Origin: Bacteroidia bacterium
Lineage (GTDB): Bacteria; Bacteroidota; Bacteroidia; M30B66
NCBI GenBank assembly: GCA_965279035.1
Contig: OZ257142.1
Span: forward strand, 3,936,001-4,000,000
DNA: 64,000 bases
Reading direction: 5' to 3'
Shown here in pieces: positions 57,520-64,000 of the stretch. Under the pieces are notes generated by a model. The model had not been told where the DNA came from. It ran no database searches and was given only the letters and a program-made list of their open reading frames with translations. The position numbers and the translations under genes are program-made. Each line of letters begins with the position of its first letter. Positions within the stretch are counted from its first letter, which is position 1.

Positions 57520-58386
57520 ATGTCAAAAAAGAGTGAAATCCAATTAAGTAGCGACTATGCTCGCATTGAAAAAGCCATACACTTTCTAAGAGCAAATTTT
57601 AAATCTCCACCAAGCCTAGAAGAATTGGCCAATCATGTGAGTTTGAGTCCTTTTCATTTTCAACGTTTATTTACCGAATGGGCAGGCGTAAGTCCAAAAC
57701 AATTCATTCAATTTACTCGTCTCGAATACGCCAAGAAAATCCTACAAGAATCGACTCATTCAATATTTGAAACAGCTTTCGAAACTGGACTTTCTGGCAC
57801 TGGACGATTGCATGATTTATTTGTCAAAATAGAAAGCATGACACCCGGTGAATATAAAAATGGAGGAGAGAATTTAAGTATTTATTATTCGTTCGAAGAA
57901 AGTTTATTTGGTAAAATACTCGTTGCTTCTACAAGTAAAGGAATTTGTGCTATTACATTTGTAGATGACGAAGCAAGCAGTATAGATGAGATAAAAAAGC
58001 GATATCCAAAAGCTAATTTTGAGAATTTGTATTCTCCTATTCATTCACAAGTTGCTGCCATATTTCAAAATAATATTGACTTATTACCAGAAATTAAATT
58101 GCACATTCAAGCAAGTGAATTTCAACTCAAAGTATGGGAAGCACTATTGAAAATTCCTTCTGGTAAATTAAGTACATATGGACAAATTGCCGAAAACATT
58201 CAAAACCCAAATGCCGCAAGAGCAGTTGGTACTGCAATAGGAAGTAATCCAATTGCCTTTTTGATTCCATGTCACCGGGTAATTCAAAGTACAGGAAATA
58301 CGGGAGGGTATATGTGGGGAACGGATCGTAAAACGGCAATCCTAGGTTGGGAAGCTGCAAAAGCAAACCTATCTGAACAATTTTAA
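57520..58386 (+). CDS. ada: Bifunctional AraC-HTH / methylated-DNA--protein-cysteine methyltransferase (Ada-like)
   Basis: LSPFHFQRLF..WAGVSPK AraC HTH; RAVGTA, IPCHRV active site; no N-terminal Zn-binding Ada domain. Confidence 0.85.
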   Translation: MSKKSEIQLSSDYARIEKAIHFLRANFKSPPSLEELANHVSLSPFHFQRLFTEWAGVSPKQFIQFTRLEYAKKILQESTHSIFETAFETGLSGTGRLHDLFVKIESMTPGEYKNGGENLSIYYSFEESLFGKILVASTSKGICAITFVDDEASSIDEIKKRYPKANFENLYSPIHSQVAAIFQNNIDLLPEIKLHIQASEFQLKVWEALLKIPSGKLSTYGQIAENIQNPNAARAVGTAIGSNPIAFLIPCHRVIQSTGNTGGYMWGTDRKTAILGWEAAKANLSEQF

Positions 58387-58406
58387 ATGTGCTTTGTAAA
58401 ATTCAA

Positions 58407-59021
58407 ATGAATTCCTATTTACTTCCTTTCGAATTTGAAATTTCAAAAGAGAATATTCTCCCACAAGATGGCTGTGTACTTTATTTTGGTAAAATATTCA
58501 GTCTTGAAGAATCTCATTTCCTATACGAAGAATTACTCAAAGGAATAGAATGGAAAAATGATGAAGCATTTATCTATGGTAAACATTATATCACCAAACG
58601 AAAAGTAGCGTGGTATGGTGATAAAGCTTATGAATATGCATATTCAGGATTAAAAAGAACTGCTCTTCCTTGGACAAATACTCTTCTTGAATTAAAACAA
58701 AAAGCAGAATTAATATGCGGATGTGAATTTAATTCCTGTCTGCTTAATTTATATCATACTGGAGAGGAAGGAATGGCTTGGCATAGCGACGATGAGCCAA
58801 CATTAAATAAACAAGCTGGAATTGCATCCTTTAGTTTTGGGGCAGAACGAAAATTTTCTTTCAAACATAAAATTCTTGGTATCAAAGTGGAAATTCGATT
58901 AGAAAAAGGAAGCCTCTTACTGATGAAGGATGAAACACAAACCCATTGGCAACATCGATTACCATTAACTAAAAAGGTGAATAGTCCAAGAATAAACTTG
59001 ACGTTTAGAACAATGAAATAA
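58407..59021 (+). CDS. alkB: Alpha-ketoglutarate-dependent dioxygenase AlkB (ALKBH2/3-like)
   Basis: FNSCLLNLY, WHSDDE (HxD), HWQH, RINLTFR. Confidence 0.9.
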   Translation: MNSYLLPFEFEISKENILPQDGCVLYFGKIFSLEESHFLYEELLKGIEWKNDEAFIYGKHYITKRKVAWYGDKAYEYAYSGLKRTALPWTNTLLELKQKAELICGCEFNSCLLNLYHTGEEGMAWHSDDEPTLNKQAGIASFSFGAERKFSFKHKILGIKVEIRLEKGSLLLMKDETQTHWQHRLPLTKKVNSPRINLTFRTMK

Positions 59022-59040
59022 TGTTAGATATTCGTACACT

Positions 59041-59556
59041 ATGAAAAGCCTCATACTTATTCTATTCGCATTTAATAGTTTCTGTGTAATAAAAATAAAT
59101 GCACAATCTAATCCCGAAGCATTGGGGAAAATTGTATTTGACTGTTATAAAAATGATAGTCTTTCTAAGCTTAAAAAATACTTCCCTTCAGTTGAACAAT
59201 TAATTCAATACAGCAAAACTCACGATTTAGATGTAAATGAGGACTTAATCAAACTATTGAAAAATAAATATCCAGATTTAATTCAAGAACTTCAGGATAA
59301 ATTGATTTCTTTTCAAACAACTTCAATAGCTAAAGAAATACAATGGGATAAAATACAATTAGATAGTATTTATTCTAAACTTAAAAAGTCACCAAGGGCT
59401 AATTCTGAAACGGATTCCTTAGAAATAAATCGATTGGAAATTAGCTTTCAAAGTAACTTACATCCATACCAAATTGTATTTGAAAATATAATTGAAATTG
59501 AAGGAAGATGGTATTTAGATAATAAAGTTCATTTTCGTGATTTATTAGAAGAATAA
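59041..59556 (+). CDS. Hypothetical exported protein
   Basis: Signal peptide; 171-aa ORF. Confidence 0.65.
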   Translation: MKSLILILFAFNSFCVIKINAQSNPEALGKIVFDCYKNDSLSKLKKYFPSVEQLIQYSKTHDLDVNEDLIKLLKNKYPDLIQELQDKLISFQTTSIAKEIQWDKIQLDSIYSKLKKSPRANSETDSLEINRLEISFQSNLHPYQIVFENIIEIEGRWYLDNKVHFRDLLEE

Positions 59557-59615
59557 TAATCCATGAACATTTGAGAATTTCAACTGAAAACAACGGATAT
59601 TGTTGACCTCAAATC

Positions 59616-62600
59616 ATGGAGAAAATTCAAGTACAAATCCATACGAATCCAAGTGAAATTTGGATTGTAGGGAAAGCAATCAGCGACCTCAATACACAAT
59701 TGATTCTATCAGTATCTAGCGAAATGGTTGCTAGTGATGCGCGTGGTTTTTACGACATACAGCCACAAGAAATTCAGGTGGATTTTGCGCGTTTTGATCG
59801 AGTGAAAAACATGCGAGATAGCGCCTCTGTTCAGGTGGAACAACGTGAAGAGGGAATATTTCTACAATGTAGCTGTGGACATATAAAAAAGTCCCTCTGT
59901 CTTCATCAAGCTCAGGTATTATTTAATTTGATGAATCGACCGGAGATTCGTGTTTTCTTTGATCCATCAATTCGTAAAAAACAATTAAGTGATTTTGCAA
60001 TTCAGGTTGGTTTAGGGCAAGAAGAAGATCCTTCAATTTACTTTCAATTCGAATATGAACAAGGGAAAACGCAAATCGTTCCTGCTCAAAAAGAACTTCT
60101 TTTATTGGATTCCCAAATTCAAAAAAAGATCAATGAACACTTATTGATTGGTCAGAAATCGATAGCAAATGAGGAGAAAGAGCAATACGAATTCATTCTT
60201 GTTTTCCGGAAACACCGTTTTTATGATCATCTCTGTATTGAGCTTTGTAAGGCAAGTAGAACACGTGAAGGCAAACTCAAAAAGCCCATCCAAACGCTTA
60301 ATCCTTTTGAAGTTATTTGGAAATATAATCAGCCTGATGAACTTCGATTTTTCACTGCATTAGCACGTTTTGCTAATCTATATGAAGAAGATCGAAATGA
60401 TAGTGATCTTGAGGCAATGAAAGCCATTTTTCGCAATCCTTTGAAATTGATGACTTACCTACTTCCTGCTGATTCAAATGATGCAAGCTCGATTTCAGCG
60501 TATGAAGTAGTTCAACTTCAAGAAATTGATTCCCATGTTCATTTGATGGTAGATCAACGAAATACCTTATTTCGAATTCAAGGGGAGCTCGAACTAAATG
60601 GTCGAATGATTCCTTTTGATCAATTGCGAAATGTATATGGATATTTTCTCCGTCTCGATAATACATTGTATTTCAATTCCGATAGGCAGATTATACGTTT
60701 ATTGGAATTCTTTCGACAAAAACGTTTTCAAGTCTTAATTCCATCGACCACATTTGAGGAATTTCGGTTAAATACTTTATCTCCATTAGAAGAGAAAATT
60801 CGCATAAGCTATGCACATCTTCAACCGGCTACTGAAGAGCAAAAAGTAGAAAGTGGATTAAATGAATCACCTGAAAGTTTGTTGTATTTAAGTCAGGTAG
60901 ATAATGAGGTTCAATTGATTCCTGCGATGCGTTATGGACCAGTGGAAGTGCCTGTATTATCTCAGAAACAGATTTATGCGTATGATGAAAAAGGAAATGC
61001 TATTACAATTATTCGTGATGATGAGGCAGAAAATAAATTATTAGCAGCTCTGCTCTTACTCATTCCTGAATTAAATGAACAAATCTCAACTGGTAAATTA
61101 TGCATTCATAAATCTGCATTTTTAGATGAGGATTGGTTTCCCGATTTCATAGAAAGTTTAACGAATAAGAATATTCGCGTTTTAGGCTTTTCAGAGTTGA
61201 GTAAGCAATCTCTCAATATGCACAAAGCGAAAGTAAATGTGCAAGTGAAGAGTGGGCTCGATTGGTTTGAAACTTCTTTAGATGTTCGCTTTGGAAAGCA
61301 ACGTGCTAAAATGAAACAACTCATGACTGCTGTGAGAAATAAAAGCAGATATGTGCAATTAGATGATGGTACACAAGGGATTTTACCTCATGAATGGCTC
61401 GATCGATTTACACGGTATTTTAATTCAGGAATTGTTGCATCTGAATTATTAAAAACTCCACGAATCCGCATTCAAGAAGTAATGGAGGTGTATGATTGGA
61501 ATCTGTTTGATGTAAACACTCAATTGCAATTAACTGAATTTAAGAATCGTTTTCAGCATTTTAATAAAATAGAAGAAATTGAAATTCCAACAGGCTTAAA
61601 TACTCCATTACGTGCATATCAAAAAGTAGGATTGAATTGGCTAAATTTCCTTCATCAATTTGGCATTGGTGGCTGCTTAGCCGATGATATGGGTTTGGGT
61701 AAAACAATTCAAATCATAGCTTATATTCTGCATTTAAAAGAAAAGAAAGAAATTGGAACACATTTAATTGTTGTACCTGCTACTCTCATTTTTAATTGGC
61801 AAGAAGAATTTCAACGTTTCGCCCCTTCACTTTCTATTCATAGTGTATACGGATTAAATCGAAGTACGAATCAAATTGATTGGTCAAATGCAGATGTGAT
61901 TATTACTTCGTATGGTGTGTTGCAATCGGAAATATCAGCATTTAAGAATTTTCAATTTCATGTAGCTATTTTGGATGAATCACAAGCAATTAAAAACCCT
62001 GAAACATTACGATATCATGCAGTTTGTCAAATTAAAGCGCGACAACGAATTGTCTTAACAGGAACGCCTCTTGAAAATAACACCTTCGATTTATTCGGAC
62101 AAATTTCATTTGCTTGCCCAGGATTATTAGGAACAAAACAACAATTTAAATTGCTCTTTTCTATTCCCATTGATACATTTAAAGACAGTGATCGGGCGAA
62201 GGAATTAAGTAGAATAGTTCGACCATTTATTTTACGTCGTACTAAAAATCAGGTAGCACGCGAATTACCTCAACGCACAGAAATGCTGGTGTATTGCGAA
62301 ATGGGTGATGAGCAACGTCGTATTTATGATGCATATACCAAAGAATTACGCGATTTTATTGCGAATAAACAATCCGATGAAATCAATCGAAATAGCATGT
62401 ATGTATTGCGCGGACTTACCCGTTTACGTCAAATATGCAATGCTCCATCTTTGTTGAATGAAAAGAATTATTTCAGCAAAGCCTCTGCTAAAATTGAAGT
62501 ATTAATGGAGCATATTGAACAACATGCACCGGATCACAAAATTTTAGTTTTCTCGCAATTTGTTGGCATGTTGGAATTAATTCAACAGGAATTAAACAAG

Positions 62601-62996
62601 CGACAAATTCCACACGAATTCTTAAGTGGAAAATCACGGAATAGAAAACAATTAGTTTCCTCTTTCAAAGAAAACGAAGAAGTACGCGTATTTCTCATAA
62701 GTCTGAAAGCAGGTGGAACTGGACTCAATCTCACCGAAGCCGATTATGTATATTTAGTGGATCCATGGTGGAATCCAGCAGTAGAAAACCAAGCCATTGA
62801 CCGAGCTCATCGTATAGGACAAAAGAACCGAGTTGTTGCTGTGAGATTAATTTGTCCGGATACAATTGAAGATAAAATTCGACTGTTACAAGAAAGTAAG
62901 CAGCAATTGATAGCTGAATTAATTCAAACAGAAAATGGTTTATTGAAAGGTTTAGATAAGAAAAACCTACTTGATTTATTAAGTCCGCTTAAATAA
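59616..62996 (+). CDS. SNF2-family helicase/ATPase with N-terminal SWIM zinc finger
   Basis: CSC...LCLH (SWIM); LADDMGLGKT; DESQ; LTGTPLEN; FSQF; SLKAGGTGLNL; DPWWNP..E.QAIDRAHRIGQ. Confidence 0.93.
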   Translation: MEKIQVQIHTNPSEIWIVGKAISDLNTQLILSVSSEMVASDARGFYDIQPQEIQVDFARFDRVKNMRDSASVQVEQREEGIFLQCSCGHIKKSLCLHQAQVLFNLMNRPEIRVFFDPSIRKKQLSDFAIQVGLGQEEDPSIYFQFEYEQGKTQIVPAQKELLLLDSQIQKKINEHLLIGQKSIANEEKEQYEFILVFRKHRFYDHLCIELCKASRTREGKLKKPIQTLNPFEVIWKYNQPDELRFFTALARFANLYEEDRNDSDLEAMKAIFRNPLKLMTYLLPADSNDASSISAYEVVQLQEIDSHVHLMVDQRNTLFRIQGELELNGRMIPFDQLRNVYGYFLRLDNTLYFNSDRQIIRLLEFFRQKRFQVLIPSTTFEEFRLNTLSPLEEKIRISYAHLQPATEEQKVESGLNESPESLLYLSQVDNEVQLIPAMRYGPVEVPVLSQKQIYAYDEKGNAITIIRDDEAENKLLAALLLLIPELNEQISTGKLCIHKSAFLDEDWFPDFIESLTNKNIRVLGFSELSKQSLNMHKAKVNVQVKSGLDWFETSLDVRFGKQRAKMKQLMTAVRNKSRYVQLDDGTQGILPHEWLDRFTRYFNSGIVASELLKTPRIRIQEVMEVYDWNLFDVNTQLQLTEFKNRFQHFNKIEEIEIPTGLNTPLRAYQKVGLNWLNFLHQFGIGGCLADDMGLGKTIQIIAYILHLKEKKEIGTHLIVVPATLIFNWQEEFQRFAPSLSIHSVYGLNRSTNQIDWSNADVIITSYGVLQSEISAFKNFQFHVAILDESQAIKNPETLRYHAVCQIKARQRIVLTGTPLENNTFDLFGQISFACPGLLGTKQQFKLLFSIPIDTFKDSDRAKELSRIVRPFILRRTKNQVARELPQRTEMLVYCEMGDEQRRIYDAYTKELRDFIANKQSDEINRNSMYVLRGLTRLRQICNAPSLLNEKNYFSKASAKIEVLMEHIEQHAPDHKILVFSQFVGMLELIQQELNKRQIPHEFLSGKSRNRKQLVSSFKENEEVRVFLISLKAGGTGLNLTEADYVYLVDPWWNPAVENQAIDRAHRIGQKNRVVAVRLICPDTIEDKIRLLQESKQQLIAELIQTENGLLKGLDKKNLLDLLSPLK

Positions 62997-63060
62997 CATG
63001 ATTTAGCTCATTTGATTTTTCAATATTCTCTTGGATATTTATTGAATTCATTTGAGCAGT

Positions 63061-63693
63061 ATGAAAAGTATTCTCATTTTAAATTTAATGATTGGAATAA
63101 CATGCTTTGTAGCAGGACAAAACCCATTTCCTGAAGGTGTATATTCGAATGTAAAAATGTTAAACACTAAAACGCTTTCGGGAATATATCCTTTCACTAT
63201 TACCCGAAATTCGGATTCAGAAATAAAAAGAAATGGTGGAAATGATTATTTCATTCAATGTGATCCTGTGTATTTTAGTAAAAGGCAAATAAAGCGAGAA
63301 TTAACAGCCATAGTCCGTCATGATTCACTCTTCATTAATGGATTAAAAATCGGCATTGGTAAAGAGTATACACTTGCACTTACTCAAGGACGATTCCTTT
63401 GTTTGTATGCAGCATTGCCGGGTTCAAGAATATTACAAAGTCAATTACGAAAAGCTGGATTGTATCAACCCGCTGGTGGATGGGTTTCACATGGAAAATC
63501 ATACACCAATGCGCGTTTTTATTATGTGTATGATATTGAAAAGGATCAAATAAATAGTCTAGATTCGAATGTTGTTGAGCAGATTTTATCTCCTTATCCT
63601 GAAATTTTTTCTTCCTATAAAAACGAACAAATAAAATCACCCGAAATATTCATAAAATATATTGCAGAATTAAACAAGATATTAATGAAATAA
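63061..63693 (+). CDS. Hypothetical exported protein
   Basis: Signal-like N-terminus; P.GVY; DSLFING; ~210-aa ORF. Confidence 0.7.
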   Translation: MKSILILNLMIGITCFVAGQNPFPEGVYSNVKMLNTKTLSGIYPFTITRNSDSEIKRNGGNDYFIQCDPVYFSKRQIKRELTAIVRHDSLFINGLKIGIGKEYTLALTQGRFLCLYAALPGSRILQSQLRKAGLYQPAGGWVSHGKSYTNARFYYVYDIEKDQINSLDSNVVEQILSPYPEIFSSYKNEQIKSPEIFIKYIAELNKILMK

Positions 63694-63728
63694 ACTATTA
63701 ATAAGATAAACATAAAAAATAAAAATAA

Positions 63729-63893
63729 ATGTCCGATTTCTCTTATATCGACCGTTATAAAGTAGAAAACCGTTTATTTATTGAGAGTGAAATTTCTGCA
63801 AATAGAATTGTATTTTTAGGTGATTCCATTACTGAATTTTGGTCTTTAGAATATCCTGAATTTTTCAAGAATTCGAACTACATAAATCGATAA
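63729..63893 (+). pseudogene. Truncated SGNH/GDSL hydrolase
   Basis: MSDFSYIDRYKVEN...RIVFLGDSITEFW...FF...YINR*; it stops exactly where INRGISG (block II) should follow. Confidence 0.75.
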
Positions 63894-64000
63894 ATTCGTG
63901 TATAATTTTTTTTATAGTATTAATATTTAAAGGAATAATGAATCAATGAATTATCAAAACTTGCACATACTGCATGTTTTGATAATTCAATTCCCTACTT

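Overview
An AT-rich chromosomal window from a Bacteroidota bacterium. The assignment rests on nine proteins with type IX secretion (T9SS) type-A C-terminal sorting domains and on TAnnTTTG (-7)/TTTG (-33) promoters. Housekeeping genes (typA end, PhoR/PhoB-like pair, MATE, rlmI, tolC/MFP, tsaB, rsgA, dtd, polA, rseP, ctlX) alternate with large secreted proteins. These are M36, C10 and M43 proteases, a GH5, a 5xGEVED protein, a Reeler-like protein and a lysyl-oxidase-domain protein. The window also holds a membrane M48 protease, an MNT-HEPN toxin-antitoxin pair and an ada-alkB-SNF2 repair block. The most unusual element is a stand-alone tRNA-shaped RNA of about 152 nt (13157-13308) with its own promoter and terminator. 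It has a Leu-type D/T core, an Asp (GUC) anticodon loop with U37, and an 84-nt folded domain in place of the variable arm. Intergenic regions carry several families of dispersed and nested palindromic repeats. All calls come from reading the sequence by eye; no database searches were run.
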